Source: an uncultured Spirochaetota bacterium (lineage in GTDB: Bacteria > Spirochaetota > Spirochaetia > SZUA-6 > Fen-1364). From it: DNA of 64,000 nucleotides. The DNA is taken from the NCBI GenBank assembly GCA_963820525.1, contig CAWGAA010000001.1:480001-544000 (forward strand). The letters are read 5' to 3'. A model generated the notes under the pieces. It was not told the DNA's origin, made no database searches, and worked only from the letters and a program-made list of their open reading frames with translations. The first letter of the stretch is position 1. Every line of letters begins with the position of its first letter. Positions 11,601-21,392 of the stretch are shown in pieces. A program made the translations under genes and the position numbers.

Positions 11601-13578
11601 TCAGGGAGGCCCCCCCGAAGGCATCGTACGCCCGGTAGTCCTTGTAAAAGAGGTATCCGCGGTTCCCCTGTGACAGCGCCGGTGCAGGCAATTCCCCCGT
11701 GACCGCGGGGGCAGCCGGGTAAGCGTTGTTCTCGGAGAGATCCACGAAAAGCGAGTTGCCCTCCATGCCGAAAAGCCGAAGGACGCCCGTTGTGTCGGGG
11801 TTTGTATAGGCGACGCCCCCCAGGACCGAGTACGACCAGTTCTCCCCCTCGCCCGAGATGCCGGCCTGGGCAAGTATCGTGCCGGATTTCGCATAGGGTT
11901 TCTGGGAGAAGGACCAGGGATCCGCGTTCCACCGGATGCCGGCCGCGAAGGAAAGCTTCATTGCGTCCGAAAAAGCGATGGTATCCCGCCACGCAAAGAG
12001 GATATCCCCGCCGGAGAGCCCCGCGGATGTCACGCGATAGCGGATCTCGATCCTGTCCGTGGAGCTGACATCGAAGAGGAAGGTCACCCGTCCCGCGGCC
12101 GGGTCTGCCTCGAAGCGGGTCTCCGTGATCCCGTTCACCGTCACCCTCACCGAACCGGGGACAATGTTCGGCTCCAGGTTGAACTCATTGGACGGCGTGA
12201 GGAGCTGGACATAGAGCTGGTAGCCTAAGTATCCCGACAGCGCGTCCCGGGGCTGCCCATAGATGAAACCGTCGTTATCGGGAAAGGGATACATGTTGCG
12301 GAAGTCGTCACGGAAGGCGGAGTTGGCGAAGACCACGAACCTCTGCTGGTCGGGAAGGGACTGGAATTTCAGCGCTTGAGCCGCGGGTGGGATACCATCC
12401 GCCCTCTTTGCCTGGAGCTGGATGAAGATGCGGGAAGGATCCGCCGGCGGCACATCGGTGAAGGCATAGGATGAATCGATCTCGAAGGGCGAGGTGTCGC
12501 CCGGCTCCCAGAGCAGCAGGCAGTTCGTCGCCCCTATGGAAACCCTCCTTGCGGTAAAAGGCTGCCCATTGAAATATGTCGTCAAACCCGAGAAATCAAA
12601 ATCAGCCCCTGCCGGCGGAGGCGGCGGAGCAGCTACAACCCGGCGGGTGTTCAAAGAATCGAGGGGGGGAAGCGCCCCCCTGCCCAGGGTAGCGTCCCCG
12701 ATGGCCACTCCCCCTTTTTTGTAATAGACGAGCACCCTCCCCTTCATCGCTGTTTTCAGCGACACCAGGCCGCCCGCCGCGTCCAGGGACGCATCGTCGA
12801 GGGTGGCGATCCTGTAGATCTTGTTGTCCCCCCCCTTGATGGAACCCCTCTGGGTGTCTTCGATATACACCACGAGGCTCTGGGGATCCACGCCCGCGTC
12901 GGGCAGGAAGAAGAAGCGTCCCCGCACGTAGCCGTCCAGGGGGATCGTCTCCTCCAGGAGCTCATTGGGGCCGAGGAAGGTTTTCGTCTTCTCCTCGGCC
13001 GAATCCCAGCGCAGGAGAAGCTCGTGCGTGGACATTCCGGAGGCGAAAAGGGCGGATGCGCCGAGGGAGCTTGCGGGCTGATCCGGAATCTCCATGAAGC
13101 CGGAAGACGGGATGGCGATGCCCCCGTTTCCCAGGAGGATGCTTCGAATCACCTCGGAACGGTCTCCACGGTAGCCGAGGGTGAGAGTGTTTCGCGTGGA
13201 TCCCGGGGCGGTCGGATCCTGGAAGTAAGCCAGGTCAAGGAAGTATTTCTGCATCAACACCACCGAGGCCGTGAGATTGGGAGACTGGGCGAAGTGGAAC
13301 CCCGTATCCATCGTGGGGAAAGCGTCGAGCAGCTGGAGGGGAAGCCCGGGCACGAAAAGAAACCCCGTGGAGAAGGACAGGCTCCCATCCCATGAGCCGC
13401 CGAGGTTGAAATCCACGCCGGCATCGCCTATCTTGGTGGAAAAGATGGTCGTGGGGGCTTCGGGCTCGGGAACGACGACTTGTTGTGACGGGAGGAGCTT
13501 GACGGTGAACAGCGAGAACACGAGTATGCAGGGAGCAAGCCGAGCCGCGCGTGTCACGTGGAGGACAGTATTCACCAA
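8634..13578 (-). CDS. Large (~1650 aa) exported protein with SprA-like motifs and predicted C-terminal beta-barrel; apparent one-base insertion near the 3' end
   Basis: ORF 8665..13578; hydrophobic N-terminus; NIVPGSVRVTVNG, GNITEDIDGDG, LDSEDRDGNGILD; shifted frame gives ...AYRIAFELSLTAKLKF with stop at 8634. Confidence 0.6.
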
Positions 13579-13631
13579 AACCCCCGTTCATGTAAATGAT
13601 TACCACAACCGAAAATGAAAAAAACAAAGCT

Positions 13632-13919
13632 ATGGTCGTATCGATGATTCAGTTCCGGCTCGAGCTCGTCGGCATCGAGTCGATCAAGGACAAGCGCCGC
13701 ATCGTCTCGTCGCTCAAGGAGAAGCTGTACCAGAAGTTCCGGCTCTCCGTGGCGGAGGTCGACCTCCTGGACTCCCTGGACCGCGCTCAGATCGGGGCGG
13801 CCGTGGTGTCGAACTCGCGGCGGCACGGCGAGGCCGTTCTCAACAAGGCCCTCGCGTTCGTCGAGTCCGAGGTGCCGGGGCGAATCCTCGATATGGAGAT
13901 ATTTTCGGAAGTGTACTGA
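13632..13919 (+). CDS. DUF503 (YlxP-like) family protein
   Basis: 95 aa; SIKDKRRIVSSLKEKLYQKFRLSVAEVD...AQIGAAVVSNS. Confidence 0.85.
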   Translation: MVVSMIQFRLELVGIESIKDKRRIVSSLKEKLYQKFRLSVAEVDLLDSLDRAQIGAAVVSNSRRHGEAVLNKALAFVESEVPGRILDMEIFSEVY

Positions 13920-13927
13920 GGGTTCGG

Positions 13928-13947
13928 CTCCCGGAGGCGTCCGGGAG
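13928..13947. terminator. GC-rich hairpin between convergent genes, possible bidirectional terminator
   Basis: CTCCCGGA-GGCG-TCCGGGAG perfect 8 bp stem; no U-tract. Confidence 0.35.
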
Positions 13948-13991
13948 GGCATGGGATGGGCGCCGGCTCTGCACGAGCCGCGCCGCAGTTT

Positions 13992-14690
13992 TCAGCGAGG
14001 GATCAGGAAGAGATCGGGAAGGGTGAGGATTCGGCTTGCCGACTCGTACTTCAAGTAGCCTTCCTGGGACACGAGCGAAACGGTGAAGTAATGCCGCAGA
14101 GGCTCGAAAGCCTCATCATCGACCGCCACCTCCAGCTCGAGTGACTTTGCCTGCCCGCTCGCTTTGGCCTTTTCCGGAACGGGCCAGAAGGAGAAGACGC
14201 CGGGGGTGCTCTCGGGGATCAGGCAGGGATTCGTCCAGCGGGAATCCGTCATGCGCATAACTTCGCCCTTCTCGGAAAGCAGGCGGACTTCTATTTTCCA
14301 CAGGGGCGCGAAGCTCGTGCTGTGGAAGAGCCTCCCGAGGATCTGCGGGAAATTGAAGAAGCATCCCTGCGGGGCCGCCTCCTCGATTTCCTCGGCTACC
14401 CTGTATCCATGGGGCCTGCGTGTTTCCGTGATCCGCTCGATCCCGCGATAGATGAGGGAGACGAGATCCGCTTCCCTCTGCAGCTTCTCCTGGTAGTCCA
14501 TTTCGCGGTGTGCAAGCCCCCGTCCGGAGGTCTGGTAGAGGGGCTGCACGCGATTGAGGGCGAAACAGGCGACATCCGTCCGGCAGTATTCGCAGGTACA
14601 GAACCGTTTCAGCTCCTTGGCCTGCTCCGCATCGAAGATTTCCTGGACCTTTGCCAGGACCTCTTCCTCGGCATAGTTGTGGACGGTCAT
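13992..14690 (-). CDS. ComFB family protein, long form with extra C-terminal domain
   Basis: VHNYAEEEV...CTCEYCRTDVACFALNRVQPLY matches the ComFB N-x-x-E / CxCxxC / ALN pattern. Confidence 0.85.
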   Translation of the reverse strand: MTVHNYAEEEVLAKVQEIFDAEQAKELKRFCTCEYCRTDVACFALNRVQPLYQTSGRGLAHREMDYQEKLQREADLVSLIYRGIERITETRRPHGYRVAEEIEEAAPQGCFFNFPQILGRLFHSTSFAPLWKIEVRLLSEKGEVMRMTDSRWTNPCLIPESTPGVFSFWPVPEKAKASGQAKSLELEVAVDDEAFEPLRHYFTVSLVSQEGYLKYESASRILTLPDLFLIPR

Positions 14691-15121
14691 TGGTCGGAGC
14701 TCTTGTTGATCTCAAGCAGGTCCATGAGAGACCAGATGCATTCGCGGAAATCCCTCATGGTGTCCCGCAGGGCGTAATAGTTGAGCCCCGAATAGTAGAG
14801 CTTGGCAAAGACCGAGAAGGTGATCTCGCTCGCCGACTGCTGGAGGCTGACGTAGCAGCCGAACTCGTAGGCGATCTTCAGCATCTCCTCGAGCTTTCCC
14901 CGCATGTACTGGGAGTAGCTGCTGGGGAAACTGAAGGCATGCGCCAGCTCCAGGAACTTGCTGCCGCGTTCTATTAGGATACCCGCCTGGAAGCCCTCGT
15001 CATCCTCGAAGGTGGCCGAGTAGGCGTTATGAGATCTCTCGTCCTCGATGACCCGGAAGCTGAGCTCCGAGAAAAGAACCGTGACGCGGCGTATCCGCTC
15101 TTCCATGAGCTGAGATTTCAT
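14687..15121 (-). CDS. Hypothetical protein (possibly YbjN/chaperone-like fold)
   Basis: GGAGG before ATG 15121; 144 aa; stop overlaps ComFB start; the fold is a guess. Confidence 0.6.
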   Translation of the reverse strand: MKSQLMEERIRRVTVLFSELSFRVIEDERSHNAYSATFEDDEGFQAGILIERGSKFLELAHAFSFPSSYSQYMRGKLEEMLKIAYEFGCYVSLQQSASEITFSVFAKLYYSGLNYYALRDTMRDFRECIWSLMDLLEINKSSDQ

Positions 15122-15137
15122 CCACTCTCCTCCACAG

Positions 15138-15887
15138 CTACCACCCCTCCTCAAGCCTGCGGGCGAGCTCCCTTGGCAGCCCCGCCTCAAGGATCTTGCG
15201 CTGGCTCTCGCGGATCGCGTAGGCCACCCGGATGGTTCGATAGATCCATCTCTCGGTGTCTAATATACCAAATGACGCCTGTGGATTACCATCTCTCGGC
15301 TGGCCTACTGAGCCGGGATTGATCAGGTACCTCGCCCCTTCTTCGAGCGAGACTTCTTCCTCCGGGGGCATCAGCACCACCTTCCCCCCGACGGAGTTCA
15401 TGCGCGCGATCAGCGGCGCATGGGTGTGCCCGTGAAAACAGACCCGGGCTCCGGGATGGTTTCGCTTGAGAAATCGAAAGCTTTCCCCGATTGAGGCGGA
15501 ATCCACCATGTAGCGATCCTCATCCATCGGAGTCCCGTGGCAGATGAGCACTCCCTCCACGGGCTCCTCGGGGCCTTCCGGAAGCTCGGCGATTCTCTCC
15601 AGGGTTTCCTCCGGGAGGCTTGCGCGCGTCCAGAGCAGGGCTTCCTTGGCGACGGAGTTGAACCATTCCAGGGAAAGCAGTCGAGATGCCGCCTTGTCAT
15701 GATTGCCCCGCACCGTAGCGGCTGCCCGTGAGAGAACCTCCTCGGCGCACGCGCCGGGATCCGCATTGTAGCCCACCAGGTCTCCGAGGCAGAGAATCTC
15801 GTCCACGGGAAGCTTCGCGACGGCATCCAGGACGGCGCTCAATGCTTCCAGATTGGCATGAATATCGCTGATGATGCAGAAAACCAT
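15138..15887 (-). CDS. Calcineurin-like metallophosphoesterase
   Basis: SDIHAN, LGDLVGY, GNHD, CHG, GHTH, NPGSVGQPRD. Confidence 0.92.
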   Translation of the reverse strand: MVFCIISDIHANLEALSAVLDAVAKLPVDEILCLGDLVGYNADPGACAEEVLSRAAATVRGNHDKAASRLLSLEWFNSVAKEALLWTRASLPEETLERIAELPEGPEEPVEGVLICHGTPMDEDRYMVDSASIGESFRFLKRNHPGARVCFHGHTHAPLIARMNSVGGKVVLMPPEEEVSLEEGARYLINPGSVGQPRDGNPQASFGILDTERWIYRTIRVAYAIRESQRKILEAGLPRELARRLEEGW

Positions 15888-15903
15888 TGCAGTGGAGCCG
15901 CAG

Positions 15904-16752
15904 CTACTCTACGACAGAACGGCCGTGTATGCAAGGTGGGGCCCCGAGCGCGGCCCCCCGGGGTTCCGTCGAGACCTCGGGGGCGCGCCGGGGCAGGTAA
16001 TCGGTGTTGATCCGCCACGCGGAGCCGTAGAGGTTCGGCACGGCGTGCCTGTCAACGCGCGAGGCCTGCTTGAGAAGCTCCGCCATGAGCTTCCTCTGGT
16101 TCTTCTCGGCGTTGGGACAGCGGCTGGGCACCGTCGGCAGGCCCACCCGCCGCGCGAGCTTTTCGATCTCCCCTTCCCTGACCTCGCACATGGGCCGGAT
16201 GATCGACATCCTGCCTCCGAAGAACTGCTGAACCGGCATCATCGTGGAAAACTCGCTTCGGAAGAGCAGATTGATCAGCATGGTCCTGGCGATGTCGTCC
16301 ATATGGTGTCCCAGAGCGATCTTCGAAGCGCCGATCTTCTCGGCCTCGTTGAAGAGGATTCTCTTCCTGTTGCGCGAGCAGTTGTAGCAGTTGAAGCCCT
16401 TGCGAAAGGAGGGCGGGTTGATGGAAGCCGGGATTCGCGCGAGGGGAATGCCGAGCGTTCGGTAGAATCCATCGATGACCCGCTTTTCCTCGTCGCTCAA
16501 GGGGTATTCCCGCCACTCGACCTGGACGGCGAAAAGCTCGTACTCGACGGGAACCCACTTCTTCCTCTCCACAAGCGCCAGGCTCAGCGCCAGGGAGTCC
16601 TTCCCCCCCGATACCCCGATGAGGATGCGATCAGCGGGCCTGATCATGTCGAACCGATTGATTCCCCTTCCTACCGAGCGGGCGAATCTGGTGAGGAGCC
16701 GGGCCGTTGTGAGGTCTGCGGCAAAGGGGCCGGGCTCGAAGCGCGCGCTCAT
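15904..16752 (-). CDS. ttcA: TtcA-family tRNA 2-thiocytidine biosynthesis protein
   Basis: PP-loop SGGKDS, CYNC, ALGHHMDD, IIRPM. Confidence 0.8.
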   Translation of the reverse strand: MSARFEPGPFAADLTTARLLTRFARSVGRGINRFDMIRPADRILIGVSGGKDSLALSLALVERKKWVPVEYELFAVQVEWREYPLSDEEKRVIDGFYRTLGIPLARIPASINPPSFRKGFNCYNCSRNRKRILFNEAEKIGASKIALGHHMDDIARTMLINLLFRSEFSTMMPVQQFFGGRMSIIRPMCEVREGEIEKLARRVGLPTVPSRCPNAEKNQRKLMAELLKQASRVDRHAVPNLYGSAWRINTDYLPRRAPEVSTEPRGAALGAPPCIHGRSVVE

Positions 16753-18068
16753 GAGGGGGCGAATCTCCGGGCAAGGTCAATTGTGGAGAGAGCGGCGAGA
16801 AGCCTTTCGCTTCTGCGGCAGCACACCGAGACCAAGCGCAGGGAGCCGGGAAGGCCTTCCATCCCTCGGTCTGAGAACAAATGGGCCGTGCCCGCGCTCG
16901 AGAGGGACACCCGAGACGAACCCTCTTCCAGCACGGGGATGTCGATCTCGAAGGAAAGGCGCTCGGGGACGTCGATGATGATGCAGTCCGGCGTCACGTC
17001 CTCCCCCAGGATGCCTTGAGCTTCCCTGGCTATTTCCCCCTCCAGAGCCAGACGCGCCTCGATGTCCTCGAGCTTCCTGTGGATTTCCCAGTCGTCGCGG
17101 AAGGGGACGCTCAAGACCTGCTTGTACAGCTCGCGCCTTCGGACCTCCGCGATCAAACGGAAGCCGGGGAAGCGCTTCTCGGTGAACCCGGCGAAGAACT
17201 CCTCATCGTCGAGGCCGTAGAGGTCCTCCCGCCGGATCGCTCCGGCGGCCAGCCCCAGGGCAATGCCCTTCTTGATCATCGCCGTAGCGATCCTCACCGT
17301 CTTGTGCCAATAGACCGTCTTGTACATCAGGTACTTGGAGAACAGCACGTCTTCCAGGGCCGTGATGCCCTTGCGGCTGAGCGCGACGCCGGTCTGCGCG
17401 CTGGGGTACGCCTCCTCGAGGATGAAATCCACGTCCTGAATGCCGTAGGGAACGCCGCAGAAATATGCATCCCGGTTGAGATAGTCCAGCTTGTCCGGAT
17501 CCAGGACGCCGGAGAGGATTTTCCAATAGTAGGAGACGTTTTCGGCTCCCCGATACCCGCTTCGGGAGTTGACGATCGCGGCCACGGCCTCGGGCTCGAT
17601 GCGCAGGGCCGTGCGGATGACGCGGTCAAACCTATCCAGAATCACGTCGGCGGTGAGCGCCTCGTGCGCCTCGACGTGAAGGTCCTTCAGGGAGTGGGCG
17701 AAGGGATAGTGGCCCACGTCGTGCAGGAGGGCCGCGCAGAGAAAGGCCTTCACCCCCTCGAGGGTGATCTCCACTCCCTGCCCCGCCGCGGACCCGGCCG
17801 GCCATGAGTTTCTCCGCGACAGGGAGGCGATCATCCTTCGCGCCAGGTGGAAGACCCCCAGGCTGTGGCTGAGGCGCGTGTGGGTCGCTCCCGGGTATAC
17901 GAGATATGCCGGACCGAGCTGCTTGATCCGGCCGAGCTTCTGGAACGGCTCGAGCTCGATGATCTTCACGAGCTCCCGGGAGATGTAGATGTGCTTCCAC
18001 ACCGGGTCCCGGATCGGCTCTGAATAGTCGTTTTCGAGGTGGTCGAGGATGCGCTCCCTCTCTCCCAT
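16749..18068 (-). CDS. HD-domain phosphohydrolase (dNTP triphosphohydrolase-like)
   Basis: RIKQLG, HTRLSHSLGV, LLHDVGH, DPDKLDYLNRD, VYWHKTVR; start placed at ATG 18068. Confidence 0.85.
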   Translation of the reverse strand: MGERERILDHLENDYSEPIRDPVWKHIYISRELVKIIELEPFQKLGRIKQLGPAYLVYPGATHTRLSHSLGVFHLARRMIASLSRRNSWPAGSAAGQGVEITLEGVKAFLCAALLHDVGHYPFAHSLKDLHVEAHEALTADVILDRFDRVIRTALRIEPEAVAAIVNSRSGYRGAENVSYYWKILSGVLDPDKLDYLNRDAYFCGVPYGIQDVDFILEEAYPSAQTGVALSRKGITALEDVLFSKYLMYKTVYWHKTVRIATAMIKKGIALGLAAGAIRREDLYGLDDEEFFAGFTEKRFPGFRLIAEVRRRELYKQVLSVPFRDDWEIHRKLEDIEARLALEGEIAREAQGILGEDVTPDCIIIDVPERLSFEIDIPVLEEGSSRVSLSSAGTAHLFSDRGMEGLPGSLRLVSVCCRRSERLLAALSTIDLARRFAPS

Positions 18069-18078
18069 TCCAGGCCAG

Positions 18079-18108
18079 AGTGTATTCCCCGCGTCCAGGG
18101 AGTGTAAA
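18079..18108 (-). promoter_or_regulatory. Sigma70-like promoter for HD gene
   Basis: TTTACA-18 nt-TACACT, 10 nt before ATG. Confidence 0.45.
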
Positions 18109-18178
18109 GCCGTCACCGCGGTCACGGGCCGCCCGAAGAGGAGCCTTGCGCGGCGAAGATCCCCTCCCGTGAAAGCAT

Positions 18179-18208
18179 TTGACCATCCGGCTCGATTTCT
18201 GATACACC
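18179..18208 (+). promoter_or_regulatory. Sigma70-like promoter for lipoprotein-PilZ genes
   Basis: TTGACC-18 nt-TACACC, 6 nt before GTG 18215. Confidence 0.35.
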
Positions 18209-18214
18209 GGAAGA

Positions 18215-18961
18215 GTGAGAATGGCCCGGGCTTCGGTTCTCATAGCGCTCACGGCGGTTGCGCTTCTGGCATGCACGCGCTCCCCCAAGAGCGCGCCGAG
18301 CACCTCTACAGCGCAAACACCCGCTCCCGCGGTCGGCACGACCTCGCAGCCCGCCCCAGGCGGCGCCCCCCCGGCGCCGCAGATCGTCCCCGCCCGCCCG
18401 CCGAACCCCGCCGGGACGCAGCCGTCGGCACCTGCGGCGCCGTCTGCCGCGCCCGCCTCGGGTCAGGCTCTGCCGGTCAGGACGGATACGTCGATCCAGT
18501 CCCTCCTCACCCTCAATCGAGAGAGGGTCGTCCTTGCAGAAGACTTCTCCATCGGCCTGCTCGCCGGGCCGAAGGATCTCGAGGGGGAGGAGAGGGCCGC
18601 AATGACGACCGCGGTCTCCTTCCTCGGCTCACTTTCGCAGGGGAAGATCGCCAAGGATCTGATCGCCTCGCAGTCCGTCTCCGGCCTTCGCGATTCGCTT
18701 TCCTACTCCATCGAAAAGGGGGACGTGCCCACCTCGTTTCGTATAGGAAAGCCCAAGGAGCACGAGGGGGTGGAGATCGCCTTCAATGTCCGCCTGTTCC
18801 GCCAGGAGGGCTCGGCGGAGGGCGAAATCTATCTCGCCTCCCAGAAAGGGTCATGGCTCGTTTCCGATTTCCAGATCAGCCTCGCCCAGCTGGAGGAGAA
18901 GCGGGTGAAGCCTGAGGAGAAGTTCTTCCCCAACTCATACCGGTGGCTGTTGGGAGAATAG
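18215..18961 (+). CDS. Putative lipoprotein with Pro/Ala-rich linker
   Basis: Lipobox ALLA-C, then a P/A/T-rich tether and a globular C-terminal domain. Confidence 0.7.
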   Translation: MRMARASVLIALTAVALLACTRSPKSAPSTSTAQTPAPAVGTTSQPAPGGAPPAPQIVPARPPNPAGTQPSAPAAPSAAPASGQALPVRTDTSIQSLLTLNRERVVLAEDFSIGLLAGPKDLEGEERAAMTTAVSFLGSLSQGKIAKDLIASQSVSGLRDSLSYSIEKGDVPTSFRIGKPKEHEGVEIAFNVRLFRQEGSAEGEIYLASQKGSWLVSDFQISLAQLEEKRVKPEEKFFPNSYRWLLGE

Positions 18962-18964
18962 AGA

Positions 18965-20221
18965 ATGGGAACCCAAGTCGGCAGAATCGAGAAAGAGTTC
19001 GTTTTCAAGGCCCTGGCGGACGAGGGGATCGCCTGCGAGGTGCACGGCCACGGAAAGGAGATCCGCTGCCGTTTCGACTCGGCGGACGATAGCGAGATCC
19101 GCTTCATTGCCCTGGAGGGCGGGCTGCAGGACCTCGAGCCCGGCGACGAGATCCGCGTCTTTTTCTACCTCAAGAACAACTACCATACCTTCAGCAGCAA
19201 GGTATCCTCGGTCGAAGGGGATACGCTGGTAGCCGGGCAGCCGAAGGGCGTCTACAAGAACCTCCAGCGCAAGTACGAAAGGATCAAGGTCCCTCAGGAC
19301 ATCGAGGTCTCGTTCAGCCTGAAGGGAAGGAAGATCGAGCTGAACTTCCCCAAGTCGGAGCGCTATGCCAGCGTGGAGCCGCCGGAGTTGTCCGAGACCT
19401 TCGACCCGCGGCGCATCCACGAGCTGATAAAGGACTTTCGCGCCAAGGTGGGCCCGTCGGTCTCCACGAACTCGATCACGATGCTTCGCGACCGTCTCCC
19501 GCGCTCCTGGGAGGAGAAGCTCGTCGCCCGGATGGGGAAGTGCCTCTGGATCCCTTCCACCGAGGATGACTTCCCCTCCAAGGAGCTGTATCCCGAGGAG
19601 CGGGTTATCACCAAACCCGAGCTCGCCAGTCTGGAGGAGGAAGCCGGCGTACAGCCCCACGTTGTGGCGAGCAAGCTCGGCAACATCCTTTATGAAAAGG
19701 CGAAAAAGGGAATCTTCTCCGAGCTGTACTGCCCCATTCTCTACAACGAGTACGTGGTGGGATACATCTACCTCGCAAACACCACGGAGAAGAGGGATCG
19801 GATCACCCGTGAGCTCTTCGAGTACGTCTGGGAGTACTCCAAGGTGCTCTGCTACTCTCTGGTGGAGAACGGGTATTTCAAGGCGGAAAGCGCCGGAGAG
19901 AAGAGGTACGAAGCGCCCATCGTGGACATGAGCGCCTCGGGGCTTCTCTTCGCCCACCCCTCCGGCGATCTGGCCCGGGAGCTGCACATCCACGCGGACC
20001 TGGAGCTCACCATCCGCATCGAGAGGAGGGTGATCTCGGTGGTGGCCCGCATAATGCGAAAGTTCAAGGACGCGGAGAATGCCTATTTCGGGGTGCTCTT
20101 CATGAAGATGGAGCCGGAGGACTTCCGCTTCCTCTTCGAGTTCCTCTACGGAAAGCCCTTCCAGTCCAAGTATGAGATGAGCTGGGAGGGCGGTGCGCCT
20201 CCGCCTCCGGTGGAGCTGTAG
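18965..20221 (+). CDS. PilZ-domain c-di-GMP receptor, long spirochaete type
   Basis: RxxxR (QRKYER) and DxSxxG (DMSASG) motifs; 418 aa. Confidence 0.8.
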   Translation: MGTQVGRIEKEFVFKALADEGIACEVHGHGKEIRCRFDSADDSEIRFIALEGGLQDLEPGDEIRVFFYLKNNYHTFSSKVSSVEGDTLVAGQPKGVYKNLQRKYERIKVPQDIEVSFSLKGRKIELNFPKSERYASVEPPELSETFDPRRIHELIKDFRAKVGPSVSTNSITMLRDRLPRSWEEKLVARMGKCLWIPSTEDDFPSKELYPEERVITKPELASLEEEAGVQPHVVASKLGNILYEKAKKGIFSELYCPILYNEYVVGYIYLANTTEKRDRITRELFEYVWEYSKVLCYSLVENGYFKAESAGEKRYEAPIVDMSASGLLFAHPSGDLARELHIHADLELTIRIERRVISVVARIMRKFKDAENAYFGVLFMKMEPEDFRFLFEFLYGKPFQSKYEMSWEGGAPPPPVEL

Positions 20222-20239
20222 GGCGCGAGATCCCCTCCT

Positions 20240-20989
20240 CTATTTGGTTGCCAGGAGGATCAAGCGGTGCGCATCGGCGTCATATGGCCTGCCCGACAGG
20301 TCTCCGTAGGCCGCAGCCTGCGAGAACCCGTTGGCCTTGAGAAGCTCGGTCAGCTCCGAAGCCGAGTACAGCCGGTGGGAGAGGGTGATTTCGTTTCGCT
20401 TCTCGCCGCTTATCACGATCCATCGGTTTCGAATCCAGGACCAGTCTTTCTCTATGTTTCTCTCTTCCAGCACGATGTATCCGTTTCCTTCGTGCCAGTC
20501 CCTCTTCTGGTACGCCCGGGCGATGGCCTCCTTGCCCACGGTATCCAGCAGAAAGCGGCCGCCCGGGCGTAGAGACTCACTCACGTTGGCGACCACGGTG
20601 ATGTCGTCCGCCTTCTCCTCGAAATAGCCGAATGATGAGAAGCAGTTGATGACGAGGTCGAATGAATCCGGCCTTCGAAACGCGCGCATATCCTCGCAGA
20701 GAAACTCGATGGCGAGGCCCTGCTCTTTTGCCAGACGGTTCGCCATGTCGATGTATTTCTGCGTGATGTCCACCGCGGTGACCGCGAACCCCAGCCGGGC
20801 AAGCTCGAGGCAATGCCTGCCGATGCCGCAGCACAGGTCGAGGATTCTGGAGCCCGGGGCCGGCTTGGTGAGCTCGAGGATCATCCGCGTCTCTGCAACC
20901 GCGTCGACGAGTCTGCTTCTCTGAAAGAGGATGGGCTGCGCCGTTTCCCACAGCGAGGCGTCTTCGAACCATTCTTTCTTCTGCGACAT
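20240..20989 (-). CDS. Class I SAM-dependent methyltransferase
   Basis: ILDLCCGIGRH, FDLVIN, LRPGGRFLLD. Confidence 0.9.
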   Translation of the reverse strand: MSQKKEWFEDASLWETAQPILFQRSRLVDAVAETRMILELTKPAPGSRILDLCCGIGRHCLELARLGFAVTAVDITQKYIDMANRLAKEQGLAIEFLCEDMRAFRRPDSFDLVINCFSSFGYFEEKADDITVVANVSESLRPGGRFLLDTVGKEAIARAYQKRDWHEGNGYIVLEERNIEKDWSWIRNRWIVISGEKRNEITLSHRLYSASELTELLKANGFSQAAAYGDLSGRPYDADAHRLILLATK

Positions 20990-21135
20990 ACTTTCTCTCC
21001 ATCCCCTTTATACACCCCTGCACCGATCCCCGCAAGGCCATTCTAGTCACAGAACAGCCGTTAGGCGGTGGAGAGGAGAACGCGATGACGGAGATGGGCG
21101 GCTTCCCTCGCGGAAGCCGAAGGGAGCATACTCTG

Positions 21136-21209
21136 TCGGGCTGGGCGGATTTGAACCGCCGGCCTTTCGGTCCCGAACCGAACGCGCTGAGCCACTGCGC
21201 TACAGCCCG
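21136..21209 (-). tRNA. tRNA-Pro (anticodon CGG)
   Basis: CGGGCTG acceptor stem, anticodon arm TTCGG-TTCGGGA-CCGAA, GTTCAAATC T-loop. Confidence 0.95.
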
Positions 21210-21224
21210 AATTGAAAAAAAAGA

Positions 21225-21298
21225 CGGGAGCGACGGGACTTGAACCCGCGGCCTCCGGCTTGACAGGCCAGCGCGATAACCAGCTTCGCCACGCCCCC
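21225..21298 (-). tRNA. tRNA-Asp (anticodon GTC)
   Basis: GGGGGCG acceptor stem, anticodon arm CTGGC-CTGTCAA-GCCGG, GTTCAAGTC T-loop. Confidence 0.95.
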
Positions 21299-21312
21299 GT
21301 GTTGACATGCAA

Positions 21313-21341
21313 AATGTAGCAGTCGGCCATCAAAGTGTCAA
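21313..21341 (-). promoter_or_regulatory. Sigma70 promoter of tRNA-Asp/tRNA-Pro
   Basis: TTGACA-17 nt-TACATT with TGn extension. Confidence 0.7.
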
Positions 21342-21363
21342 GTGACGGCCGCATCCCGCTTGA

Positions 21364-21392
21364 TTGACATTTCGAGGGTTGAATGGTAATTT
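21364..21392 (+). promoter_or_regulatory. Sigma70 promoter of SurA/PpiD-like gene
   Basis: TTGACA-17 nt-TAATTT with TGn extension. Confidence 0.6.
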
